Of a stretch of 64,000 nucleotides of DNA, positions 9,133 through 19,071 are shown piece by piece. Source of the stretch: Fibrobacterales bacterium (GTDB taxonomy: Bacteria > Fibrobacterota > Fibrobacteria > Fibrobacterales > JAOPTW01); NCBI GenBank assembly GCA_051532055.1, contig JAOPTX010000057.1, forward strand, positions 1 to 64,000, read 5' to 3'. The first letter of the stretch is position 1. Every line of letters starts with the position of its first letter. The notes beneath the pieces are model-generated. The model saw nothing but the letters and a program-made list of their open reading frames with translations, was not told the DNA's origin and ran no database searches. Position numbers and translations under genes: made by a program.

Positions 9133-12008
9133 CTTCGTAGAACCTTATTGCAGTCATACCCTGGTGGTAATGGTTTAAATGGAGGGTCTTGTCTTTGATG
9201 TGATAAATATTGAAAATCTCTTAATGGCTGTATGTTCAGTTGAGTAGTTAGGATACAATGGTTTTCACCACCTTTTACATATATTAAGAGTTTACTTTCT
9301 GTTTTGGTAGGTTGCAATACACAAGAACCGCCATATTGGGAAGTATTTGAGTGTACAACATAGCAATGAAGATCTCTTACGGCAGATTCTAAAATGTGTT
9401 TATAATAGTTAGTATCTGGATTCCAAACACAAGCAACAAGTAAATCTAGTTCAGATTTGAATAGGGATCTGTGTCTTATGTCAGATAATTCAAAGCAATT
9501 ATAAGTCGCGAATGACATTCCTCGCCATTTGACTTTGTGATACATTGATCTTTTAAATAAATCTGATGCAGGTTTTAACCGTAGAGATTGAATAGTGTCA
9601 AGTTCCATTGGAGCATAATGATTTTTGATTCTTGCTGTAACTGAACAAGACTTATACTTGTCATTAATTTTAAAAGGGAGTGCTTCAATAGTTAAATTAT
9701 ACGCATAACCTTTTGATACCCAATGTTCTAGTCCAAATATTATCCCTAGTTGGTGTCTCCGGGAATGCGCAATTATAAAGGGTAGCCAACTTACAGGTAT
9801 TGAAACTTCAGGTAGAATTAACAAATCTACTTCTTCTTTAGTTGCATCATTGAGTATGTTGAATATTTTTGTTTGGCGTTCAAATGAAGTATTGGCTTTT
9901 TTATCTGGTCGTAATGCTGCCTGTATATCTTCTTTGGGTACTTGAATATTTGCTATAGCTACTTTTTGAGTAGTAAAAGAATCGGTTGATATTGTTAACA
10001 GGTTTTTCTTGATTGATTTAGGGTCTTTTCTTAGGCTCGTGTACTTTATAGGCAGAGAACCTGGGAAATACACTTTATATTCCTCTAATGAATCAGAAAT
10101 CCATGATTGAAGGGGGTCTGTATGATTGACTTTGTCTGCTAATGAGTGTGTTTGCCATTCATCAAAATGGATAAAACGGGGGGACATGGATAATTTGTGA
10201 TTATCTAAACCTGCTGATTTACTATTCAAATATTCAATTTCGTTTGTGAGGTCTCCTTCATAGTTCGTGTAATTGGCAAGAGGCCATGCAACTAAATTCG
10301 ACCTTATAAGGTTTGAATATCGTATTTGATCTGTAAATGAAAAAATGTCATTAGGTAAGTCATGATTTTCATAATCTAATAGAGCAAGGTTTATACTCAC
10401 AGAAATTTTGTTATACTCAAGTAAATTTGTTATAAGTCGGTCAGTAATGTGATCTGACTCTTTCTCATTAAAATACCGGATTTTAAAAATTTCATTTTGA
10501 ATTGAATTGTAAAATTCTATTAAATTTGCTTGTTTGTCTGGGGCGCTGTGTATGACTAGGTATTGATAAACTTTTTCCCACAGGCGTGAAAATTGAATGG
10601 CATTTGAGCCTTGGAAGAACATTTTGAGTTGCGGAACGATACTTTTTTGATTATCTAATTTACATAATCGGTGGGCATTAATGTGATTTGATAAAAAGCC
10701 TGAAAGTTCAGATTCATTTTCAGCAATGCCTACGACACTCCTGAATTTATTTATGGATCCTTCGTATAGTATATCATATGCACACTTATCTAAATCTGAT
10801 TCAAATGAGTCATTTGCTAAAAATTTAAAGGCACTACTTCTTTCATCAATATTATTTTGGAAAACTTGAAGTCCGGCTTTGCTAAAATTATTGTCAAAAT
10901 ACTGCAAAATGAGTTTGCTTTTTTGTAAAGGTATTATAGTACTCTTCACAGATAGACCATATTCACTTTCGGAACCTGGTAATTGATGTATGTTTGGTAA
11001 ATACTGCTCGATAAATTTTTCTATTGGCGCATTATCATCAACGATTACATTTCTATAGACAATTAGGATGTCGTCTACATACCTGCCATATTTAATAGGG
11101 TTTATAGCATGTTTCACGGTTATATCAAACTCTCTAAGGTGCCAGTTTGCTAATATAGAGGATGAGGTTAAGCCAATAGGTAAGCCAATAGGTAAGCCAG
11201 TTGGCTCAAGGCAGTCAGGATGCGTGGTTTTCAGTGAACGGCGAATTTTCTGTGCATATTTTTCATGTATGATTTGTAGAGTCTTATGTAGCTTTAAGAC
11301 AAGTTTTAATTGGGAACTATCATCTCCGAAATACTGATATAAAATATTAGTTATTTCTTGATAATCTATATTGATGTGATAGAAGTAAGACTTTAAGTCA
11401 AGTGATAATAGCGCCACGGGTTCGTGCTTTGAAAGTTCTAGGGCTGACTTTACAGCTATATCCCGCCATTTTTTATATTGATCAATATACAGCTTAAAAA
11501 GATCTCTACTTTTACTTTTTTGGTCATTATTACTTGAAAATTTAAATGAATCAGGTCCGAGTCTGTTGCCATAACACTCATCGATTAAATTATTGTCGAG
11601 GATAGTACCTACACAAAGTGACCAAAGTACTTCAATAATATGCAGTTCTACAGGCATGGAAATTAGATAATTAACTTTGTCGATATTATAGTTTGAAGAT
11701 GTTGTTACATTGGTAATGAATAAACCCTGATTGCTACCATTGAGTTTTTTATTTTGTTTGTCTTCAGGGCGATACACTGACTTTGGAATTAATTTATAGT
11801 CAATATCACTAATAAAAGAATCTATTTCCGTTTCATATTGGATGTCTTCAGAGTTAAGTATATGCTCTAGATAATCTAATCTTTCTTGAAAGTCATTTGT
11901 TTCAAACTCAGCAACTCTCTGTTTTAAAAAGAAATTTAAGTTTTCATGATATGCGTAGTTTTTTAGAAATAAAAATGCTTCCGTTAATAATTCATGATTA
12001 ATTTGCAT
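9129..12008 (-). CDS. Reverse transcriptase fused to C-terminal nitrilase/carbon-nitrogen hydrolase (DRT1/UG1-like defence RT)
   Basis: RT motifs LSLDLKSYFY, GLPIGLTSSSILAN, YGRYVDDILIV; nitrilase triad LILPEVS (E), RIKNHYAP (K), YNCFELSD (C). Confidence 0.92.
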   Translation of the reverse strand: MQINHELLTEAFLFLKNYAYHENLNFFLKQRVAEFETNDFQERLDYLEHILNSEDIQYETEIDSFISDIDYKLIPKSVYRPEDKQNKKLNGSNQGLFITNVTTSSNYNIDKVNYLISMPVELHIIEVLWSLCVGTILDNNLIDECYGNRLGPDSFKFSSNNDQKSKSRDLFKLYIDQYKKWRDIAVKSALELSKHEPVALLSLDLKSYFYHINIDYQEITNILYQYFGDDSSQLKLVLKLHKTLQIIHEKYAQKIRRSLKTTHPDCLEPTGLPIGLPIGLTSSSILANWHLREFDITVKHAINPIKYGRYVDDILIVYRNVIVDDNAPIEKFIEQYLPNIHQLPGSESEYGLSVKSTIIPLQKSKLILQYFDNNFSKAGLQVFQNNIDERSSAFKFLANDSFESDLDKCAYDILYEGSINKFRSVVGIAENESELSGFLSNHINAHRLCKLDNQKSIVPQLKMFFQGSNAIQFSRLWEKVYQYLVIHSAPDKQANLIEFYNSIQNEIFKIRYFNEKESDHITDRLITNLLEYNKISVSINLALLDYENHDLPNDIFSFTDQIRYSNLIRSNLVAWPLANYTNYEGDLTNEIEYLNSKSAGLDNHKLSMSPRFIHFDEWQTHSLADKVNHTDPLQSWISDSLEEYKVYFPGSLPIKYTSLRKDPKSIKKNLLTISTDSFTTQKVAIANIQVPKEDIQAALRPDKKANTSFERQTKIFNILNDATKEEVDLLILPEVSIPVSWLPFIIAHSRRHQLGIIFGLEHWVSKGYAYNLTIEALPFKINDKYKSCSVTARIKNHYAPMELDTIQSLRLKPASDLFKRSMYHKVKWRGMSFATYNCFELSDIRHRSLFKSELDLLVACVWNPDTNYYKHILESAVRDLHCYVVHSNTSQYGGSCVLQPTKTESKLLIYVKGGENHCILTTQLNIQPLRDFQYLSHQRQDPPFKPLPPGYDCNKVLRR

Positions 12009-12016
12009 GTTGACTC

Positions 12017-12175
12017 TTATGTTGAAACGGTGAATATGCTAAATAATAAAACAGGCAACGCCGCTAACGCTCCCACTCTACCAATGAAATCTTGAGGTCC
12101 GGAGCTGAGGTGTTTTAATAGTCCCGCTATCATTGTAATAATGGTAAAGAAAAGAATGATTTTCGTTGCAGGCAT
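12017..12175 (-). CDS. Small 52-aa two-helix membrane protein (not in ORF track)
   Basis: MPATKIILFFTIITMIAGLLKHLSSGPQDFIGRVGALAALPVLLFSIFTVST*; starts 3 nt after KAP stop, ends 8 nt before RT ATG. Confidence 0.6.
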   Translation of the reverse strand: MPATKIILFFTIITMIAGLLKHLSSGPQDFIGRVGALAALPVLLFSIFTVST

Positions 12176-12178
12176 ATC

Positions 12179-14158
12179 TCATTTACTCTCTTCAGTTTTT
12201 TGGGATGTGTATTGTTTAAGTACGTCTGAAATTGTGTTACTTAATCGAGAAAGTCCATCAATTGAAGGCGTAATATATTCTACTTGCTCTATTCTAATAC
12301 TTGCTTCTTCAATTAAGGTCTCTAAGAAAGGAATATCTAATTGTTTATGGTGTACTTCAATTAGTTCTCTGTATCTATGTTGCATGTGAGAATTTAACTC
12401 ATCTTTTAGGTGGTTGGGTATTTCTAGGTATTGATCAATAAACTGTTGTGGTGTAACGTTTTCGAACTTTGCTACTCCAAGTGTTTCGGATGTACTATGT
12501 TTTAACCACTCAACAAACCCTTCTAATGAAGTACACGTTTCTGTAAAAAGAGAATCTTTTTCTAATACTAGTTTCTCTCTATAGTGGTCTGATAGCATCG
12601 TGCTTAGCTTGGAATGGGACTCTTTAAGGCTCTTATAATCTTCTATATCTTGGAATGTTTTAAATTGATATTCGCCTTCTTTATGTTCACTTAATGCAAT
12701 TTTATCATCACTTATGATTTGCCTGATGTAATCTTCAAAGTAAATTTCCAAAGGTTCTGTAAATACAGGTAGGAGGCCTTTAAGTCTAATTTTATATAAG
12801 TATTCAAATGTGGTTAATATTGTGTCTGGACTTGTCACATTGTGTGAGGTGTACTCTTCTTTAATTTCCTGAAGTATTTCAATAAAGTCTTGATCTTTCA
12901 GATTCCACCATTGATAAATTCTACCTAAGAGTTTGCCAATACTAGTTGCGAAACTGTTATGAATATTAATTTCTTCTAACAGACTTTCTCTACTTAATGT
13001 TCCTTCTTCAAACCACTCTTTCCAAGTCTCAATACTTAATGACTCGGCAAAAGCTCCATCATACTTTTTTCTAAACTCATAATATGTATTGTTGAGTGGA
13101 TCTTCATTTGGGGATAATTTTTCTTTTTTGTTGGCAGCTCCCATTACTTGTGCATATTTTTCCCGTGGTAATCCTCCAAGTGTATTACTGTACAGTATGT
13201 CTTTTACTTTAAGGTCTCCAATATAAAGTGCATATTGATATGCAAAAAACTCCATAACTAAAAATGGCATATAGGTTTCATTGGCAAAAACATCATCTGC
13301 AGTAATCGGAGAGGGTTTGTCTGAGTCGGTGAGAATATGTTTAAATCTTTGGAATTCTAGTAGGGCATGTTTTAAAGACCGAAAGTTATTTTTTTTTGAG
13401 TTATCAAAAATTTGTAGTATACCTTTCTTGTGGGGCTTGAGTATCTCTATACATTTATCACCTAAAGGGCTCTCTTTATTTTCAAGATCTAACCAGCTAT
13501 CTAAGACTTCATGTGGGGTTGTTCTTATTTTAAATTCTTTACCAATGACTTTTTCTTTAACTGAGCTTAATTTAAATGGGGTAGAGTGGTCTTTCTGTTT
13601 TTCACAAGCCTCTTCCCACTTTTCATGTTCGGCTAGTAGAATGCAGTGTAAATGTTCATGTTCTACATATTGATTTATATATCCAAGTAGTTGGGGCATG
13701 GGGATATCAGCGCGTTCAACATCATCAAAAACAAGGACGCATAACTTGTTTTTAGTCAATTGTTCTTTTAAACCGTCGACAAAGGCGAAAGTTTCATCTA
13801 TAAGCGGATTAATCACTTGAACACCCTTGTAGGTTGCAGCAATTTTGCTGACAAGTTTTGTTCCACTTAGTGTCAATTTTAATTTTTCACTGGTCAGGAT
13901 TGGATGTAATGTTTCTTTTATTCGATCATCAACTTCATTCTTTGATTGAACTCCAAAAAGGCTAACATAAATTACGACTGGACCTTTTTCTCCCGTGAGA
14001 TTGTCTATACGTTGTTTATTGAATTCAAGACATTTTTTGATGAAATAAGTTTTACCTCTCCCCCAGTCACCAGTGATTAGAACAGCAAAGTCTGGATTAG
14101 GTCTTTCAAGGTAATGGTTATTCAAATAATCTTCTATATGTTTGTTAGAATTACTCAT
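12179..14158 (-). CDS. KAP family P-loop NTPase
   Basis: FAVLITGDWGRGKT Walker A, YVSLFG, VLVFDDVER Walker B, KEKVIG; GGAGAA-like RBS upstream. Confidence 0.9.
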   Translation of the reverse strand: MSNSNKHIEDYLNNHYLERPNPDFAVLITGDWGRGKTYFIKKCLEFNKQRIDNLTGEKGPVVIYVSLFGVQSKNEVDDRIKETLHPILTSEKLKLTLSGTKLVSKIAATYKGVQVINPLIDETFAFVDGLKEQLTKNKLCVLVFDDVERADIPMPQLLGYINQYVEHEHLHCILLAEHEKWEEACEKQKDHSTPFKLSSVKEKVIGKEFKIRTTPHEVLDSWLDLENKESPLGDKCIEILKPHKKGILQIFDNSKKNNFRSLKHALLEFQRFKHILTDSDKPSPITADDVFANETYMPFLVMEFFAYQYALYIGDLKVKDILYSNTLGGLPREKYAQVMGAANKKEKLSPNEDPLNNTYYEFRKKYDGAFAESLSIETWKEWFEEGTLSRESLLEEINIHNSFATSIGKLLGRIYQWWNLKDQDFIEILQEIKEEYTSHNVTSPDTILTTFEYLYKIRLKGLLPVFTEPLEIYFEDYIRQIISDDKIALSEHKEGEYQFKTFQDIEDYKSLKESHSKLSTMLSDHYREKLVLEKDSLFTETCTSLEGFVEWLKHSTSETLGVAKFENVTPQQFIDQYLEIPNHLKDELNSHMQHRYRELIEVHHKQLDIPFLETLIEEASIRIEQVEYITPSIDGLSRLSNTISDVLKQYTSQKTEESK

Positions 14159-14182
14159 GATTGTTCTCCCAAAATATGTATT

Positions 14183-15670
14183 TTAAGTTTGATCTAGTGT
14201 TGTGTACTCAGGATCACCGAAGTTTTTAACTACCAGTTCACTCTCTGTAGTAGTCGCTCCAGTTTCTATAGCAATTTGAGTATCCTCCTCAGCGGAAGCA
14301 TTTTCACTTTCCATGTTACTAACCTTTGTCACCTCCTCAACAATCCTCGGCGCAGAAGGCTCCCACTTAACAAGATGCTGAACCACATTCTTATAATACT
14401 CAACAATCATCGAGTCAAGGGTAACCACAAACTTAGACACCGCCGCAAAGTTCTTCCCAAAGTCCTTAATACGGATAATCCTAAACTCCTTAATCTCTAA
14501 GTCTTTAATCTGGCTGTAGATGGCATCGATATCCTGAAGCGCAATCCTATCTATCTGCCGTTTGTTTCTATACACAATATCTAACTTAAGCTCACCAGCG
14601 ACTTTGTCAAAGCTCTCTAAGCCCCTCTTCTGACAAGTATCAAACTGACGCTTAATCCACCCAAGCTGACCTTTCAGCTTCTTGTCTTTGGGAGCGGTAA
14701 GAGTAACACACGCCTCAATAATCCGTTTTTCAAACATCGCATTAATATCAATATTCGACACAGCACCTTTTACCCGCAAGACAGAATAGAGATGTTTGGT
14801 ACTCAAGAGCTTCTTCTTGTCATCATCAATTCTATTCTTCAGCTTCCCTTTGTATTTATTCTCACCAGAGCCAACAAAGAGCCCAAGCTTGCGACTGAGC
14901 AATAGCGCTAAATCCTTCTCTTCCTGATGCCAACTGATAACCGCTTGCTCAACGTCCGGATCTGACTGTTTAAGGCTGGTTCCTGAGTTTATCTTCTCTA
15001 CGACATGCTTCCAGCCAGGTTTCATCTCATTGAAGCCACAGACACCTGATTTCTTGTTTTCTAGATAGAGTACAATCTCTCGCATTATCTCTATCTGATC
15101 GTCATCGGCAATGTTTGTGTCATTATCAAATAAGAGGATATGCGCTATGGTCAGGAGGTATGACCATGAAAAGTGGTAGGGAGTGAAGTTTTTGGTCGAC
15201 CGGATGGTGAGAGGGGACTGAGTAGGGTCGGTGACATACTCATTCGAAACCGTAATTAAGTTTGGTATAGAAAGCGCCTTCGAAAGCGCCGCATACCGGT
15301 CTATCTGCTCCTGCTCAAGCTTAGCGGTGCCGTTTTTCATCTCAAAAAGCGCCGCGTCTCTGATGGTGCCACCCTTTACGACCAACAGCAGCCCATCAAT
15401 ACGAGACTCCGGAAACTCCTTAAATGCCACTTCGGTATAGACAAAGATGGTGCCCCCGGTCTGCATCTTTACCGCAGAGAGGATATGCTTCCGAAACTCT
15501 TTAATGAGCCTGATGCCCGATAAGATTACAGAGGTCAGTGCCATCTCATCGCCCAGCTTTTGAATAGGGATAAGGGTAGCCTGCCTGAGAATGATCTCAC
15601 CACATTCAACGTATGCCTCAAATTCAGTCTTCTTGAGCCCAATAAGTTTTGTCAGTTTCTTATCCATCAA
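14183..15670 (-). CDS. Putative PD-(D/E)XK-fold protein
   Basis: YTEV...RIDGLLLV...ALFEMKNG...QIDRY pattern resembling E..(P)D..ExK nuclease cores. Confidence 0.6.
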   Translation of the reverse strand: MMDKKLTKLIGLKKTEFEAYVECGEIILRQATLIPIQKLGDEMALTSVILSGIRLIKEFRKHILSAVKMQTGGTIFVYTEVAFKEFPESRIDGLLLVVKGGTIRDAALFEMKNGTAKLEQEQIDRYAALSKALSIPNLITVSNEYVTDPTQSPLTIRSTKNFTPYHFSWSYLLTIAHILLFDNDTNIADDDQIEIMREIVLYLENKKSGVCGFNEMKPGWKHVVEKINSGTSLKQSDPDVEQAVISWHQEEKDLALLLSRKLGLFVGSGENKYKGKLKNRIDDDKKKLLSTKHLYSVLRVKGAVSNIDINAMFEKRIIEACVTLTAPKDKKLKGQLGWIKRQFDTCQKRGLESFDKVAGELKLDIVYRNKRQIDRIALQDIDAIYSQIKDLEIKEFRIIRIKDFGKNFAAVSKFVVTLDSMIVEYYKNVVQHLVKWEPSAPRIVEEVTKVSNMESENASAEEDTQIAIETGATTTESELVVKNFGDPEYTTLDQT

Positions 15671-15791
15671 TTCCTCAGTGTGTAATAGTGTAGTGATTAT
15701 TTAGAATATAATAATGTTTGTAAGCTGGAGCGTTGTAGAGAATGGGTTAGAGTGCCCCATTGTTCTATGCGCTCCAAAGAAGACAACATAA

Positions 15792-15835
15792 CACTAATTG
15801 GGATTTGTGTAAATAGCCCAAACGTACTAGTCTCT
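15792..15835. repeat. 44-bp direct repeat C copy 1
   Basis: cactaattgggatttgtgtaaatagcccaaacgtactagtctct, 40/44 identical to 22498-22541. Confidence 0.85.
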
Positions 15836-16073
15836 GGTGGGTTATTAATCCCCCCCAAAAAATACGCGGTAATATCAGCAGAATAATTTTCCAAATTACC
15901 AAAAAAATGGACACAACTTGCAGAAGTATAACGAACGCTTACTGCACGTAAGCTGAATGTGTCATTAAGGTTATGTTTTTAAGTAATGTAGAATAGTATC
16001 TATAAATCTTTATCTATGTTTAGATGTGGGTACACGACAGTTTATGTGAGTACGGTATTGAGTAAGGGCTATA

Positions 16074-18992
16074 ATGAATTCCAGAAAATCGATTTTTTAT
16101 ATGTGCGTTCTATTAATGTTTCATTCGCATGTGTTTGCCGTGTGTTCTTTAAACAAAAATTCTGATTCGGAATATGAAATTGGTACCTATGAAGATTTAA
16201 AATTAATCGGTATTGGTGATTGCTCATTGAGAGATACGTTTCGCATTATTGCAGATATTGACGCCAGCCCTTCTCAGACAGAGAATTGCGTGAATAACCT
16301 TGATTGCAAGGGATTTATCCCTATTGGTGCGAGTTCAAATAAATTTTATGGTACGGTATGGGGGGATAAACACATTATCTGGAATCTCTATATTAATCGA
16401 CCCGCTGAAGATAACGTAGGTCTCTTTGGATTTGTTGGAAGAGGAGGACGCGTTCTTAGTCTAGGGGTGACTGGTACTGTGACTGGAAACAAAAATGTGG
16501 GAACTATTGCAGGTCTTAATGATGGTTGGATATCAATGACTTTTAGCAGTTCTACAGTGCATGGAAACGATAGCTATGTGGGTGGACTCATTGGAGATAA
16601 TTCGAGTTGGGTTATATCAAGCTACTCTACAGGAGCAGTTACTGGAAGTGCCAGCTATATTGGTGGACTCGTTGGCAGTAATACTGGTGCATTATATAAA
16701 ACCTATTCAAGCGCTAGTGTTGCAAGAGTTGGAACAAATACCGGGTCTTATTATGTAGGAGGTCTGGCAGGAATTACAGATTTCACCACCGTCGATGGGT
16801 ATAGTGTGGGACGTGTCGGCGGGAATACTGCTTATTATGGTGGGTCAATAGGGCAATTAGGGCCTAATGCTGATGTAATTAGAATATTTTGGAGTAGTGA
16901 ACTCTCTGGACAAAATATCGGTAATTATGGTAGTCCAGATCCCGATGTAATCAAAACCGATGAACATCGCTTAACACTATCTGCAACGTATGATTATTGG
17001 GATTTTGGAAAAAACTGGGATATCAGTGAAACTAAAAGTTATCCCTTGCTCAGGGAAGTTTACAATGCTCCAATAGCTTTTACTGAAACAATGATTTCTG
17101 GCGATCTGTTTAGCGTAAACCAACTGTTAATAAATGATTATAGCAGTACACCAAGCCGAGAGATGGTCGTTAAGATTGAGGATCAGCTCGGATGTAGTCA
17201 AGGCGCTACTGGTACTATTGATTTGTCTGGCCTTAGTCAAGGAGATACCTGCGCTGTAACGTATCGTATTGGAGAAAAGTTTTCGGTAACTGATACTCTT
17301 TGGGGGAACAGCGTTAATTCATATGTCATTTTCTCACAATTGTTATTTAATCAAATTCCAGACCAGATGTATGGAACAGCAAATACTCTTTCATTAAATG
17401 CTTCAAATGCAGCTGATGCCGTAACACCCATTGTTTTTACATCTTCGGATATCGGTGTAGCGAGTATTTCCGGAAATGAAGTTCAAGTTAAGGGAGCTGG
17501 AACTACTATAATTACTGCTACACAAGGAGCGCTATCTGTCACACAACAACTGGTAGTGTACCCCAAATTGATAACGGTTAATGCAGTAGCCCAAGACAGG
17601 GAGTATGATGGCACAAAATTTGTTACTGTAACTGGTGTTCCCGTAGGGGTACTTCCTGGTGATGATGTAAGCTGGGAATTGGACACGTGTTGGTTATACG
17701 ATAAAAATGCTGAACGAGACAAAAATGTTGCAATACGTGGTTCGGGACTTGTTGGCGTTGACACAGCTAACTATATAATCAATCAGATCCACTCTCTTAC
17801 CGTCAATATTTATCCCAAACCTATAACTATTGATACCATTGAAATACCCGAGAAAGAATACGACGGGACAACTGAAGCATTTTTTACTCTCTGGGATCCT
17901 GCTTTTGATTTGATGACCGGTATAAAAATGAATACACTTCTTAGAGATAATATTTTACCTGAACTAGACTCGGCATTGTATCATGATAAAAATGTAGGAG
18001 CGGACAAGGATATTGATTTATATATTCACTTTGGTGGTGTTGATGTAGATAATTATTCGTTTCCCTATCCCTTGAGTGTAAAAGGAACCATTGTCCCGCG
18101 CGAAATCACAGCAGTGAAACTTCACTTCGAAAAAAAGGTGTATGATGGAACTCGTAATGTGGTTTATGAATCAGCAGAATTTCAAAATATCATTCCTGGC
18201 GATATCCTTACCCTTGACCTTGATACTGCATATATGGTAACTAAGGAAATTCATAGCATGACTCCAGGTATATGCATTATGGAAAAACTTATTTTGGGTA
18301 CGCTTAAGTTATCGAGTGTTGATTTTCAAAACTATTCAATAGGGGAGACACCACTTACATACGGTGTCTGTGTATTTCCCGCTCCACTAACAATAACAGC
18401 AAATGATTCAGTGGTATATGGGGATGAGACAATTACTGAGTACTCTTATAGTTATGATGGCATTGTTGCAGGTGAAGATGAGTCAATAGTCAAAAACCTT
18501 GTAACCGAAATAGTATCTGAAAATGATTCACAAACTGTGGTGATAGGTTCTGGAGCGCTTGCATTTAATTATGTCATTAGTTATGAACCCGGTGTAATTA
18601 CTCGGCTTGCAGGAGAACGCCCTTATGACAACCCAATTATAAATAATCCCACAGATACCAATCAAGGAATAAGTCACTCTGGCTCAAGTGAGCAATCAGG
18701 TAAATCTTCCGATACATTTGAATTGGGCAATAGTTTTGATAGTGGTTTGGGGCAGGGGCTGTCAAGTAATGATGTCTCTCCAATTAATATTCCGGGTAAT
18801 ACTCATGACATATCCATAACTCATGCAGGTATCGTTACACATGACGTGAAAGGTGTTGTAGAAATTTATACAGTTGTTGGGACAAAAGTGTCCTCTTTTA
18901 ATGTAACCCAAAATGGGTTGTATCACCATACATTACAGCCCGGTGTATATATTGTAAAAAGTAGTAAAGGTTATCAGTTGTTTAATTTTTAG
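16074..18992 (+). CDS. Secreted GLUG-repeat protein with YDG-type repeats and T9SS-like C-terminal tail
   Basis: Signal peptide; VGLFG/VGGLIG/IGGLVG repeats; DREYDGT, EKEYDGT, KKVYDGT; tail EIYTVVGTKV...LQPGVYIVK. Confidence 0.85.
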   Translation: MNSRKSIFYMCVLLMFHSHVFAVCSLNKNSDSEYEIGTYEDLKLIGIGDCSLRDTFRIIADIDASPSQTENCVNNLDCKGFIPIGASSNKFYGTVWGDKHIIWNLYINRPAEDNVGLFGFVGRGGRVLSLGVTGTVTGNKNVGTIAGLNDGWISMTFSSSTVHGNDSYVGGLIGDNSSWVISSYSTGAVTGSASYIGGLVGSNTGALYKTYSSASVARVGTNTGSYYVGGLAGITDFTTVDGYSVGRVGGNTAYYGGSIGQLGPNADVIRIFWSSELSGQNIGNYGSPDPDVIKTDEHRLTLSATYDYWDFGKNWDISETKSYPLLREVYNAPIAFTETMISGDLFSVNQLLINDYSSTPSREMVVKIEDQLGCSQGATGTIDLSGLSQGDTCAVTYRIGEKFSVTDTLWGNSVNSYVIFSQLLFNQIPDQMYGTANTLSLNASNAADAVTPIVFTSSDIGVASISGNEVQVKGAGTTIITATQGALSVTQQLVVYPKLITVNAVAQDREYDGTKFVTVTGVPVGVLPGDDVSWELDTCWLYDKNAERDKNVAIRGSGLVGVDTANYIINQIHSLTVNIYPKPITIDTIEIPEKEYDGTTEAFFTLWDPAFDLMTGIKMNTLLRDNILPELDSALYHDKNVGADKDIDLYIHFGGVDVDNYSFPYPLSVKGTIVPREITAVKLHFEKKVYDGTRNVVYESAEFQNIIPGDILTLDLDTAYMVTKEIHSMTPGICIMEKLILGTLKLSSVDFQNYSIGETPLTYGVCVFPAPLTITANDSVVYGDETITEYSYSYDGIVAGEDESIVKNLVTEIVSENDSQTVVIGSGALAFNYVISYEPGVITRLAGERPYDNPIINNPTDTNQGISHSGSSEQSGKSSDTFELGNSFDSGLGQGLSSNDVSPINIPGNTHDISITHAGIVTHDVKGVVEIYTVVGTKVSSFNVTQNGLYHHTLQPGVYIVKSSKGYQLFNF

Positions 18993-19071
18993 AGGGGGCT
19001 GTGGAATGGGTGTTCGGGACAATTCAAGGTGTTAAAAATAAAGGATAGGTAATTCTAATTGTCGTTGACGT

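Noticed and set aside
9129..12008. RT as group II intron, retron, DGR or CRISPR-associated RT
   Set aside because: No maturase/HNH domain, retron VTG motif, TR/VR repeat pair or cas genes seen; the C-terminal nitrilase points to a UG/Abi defence RT.
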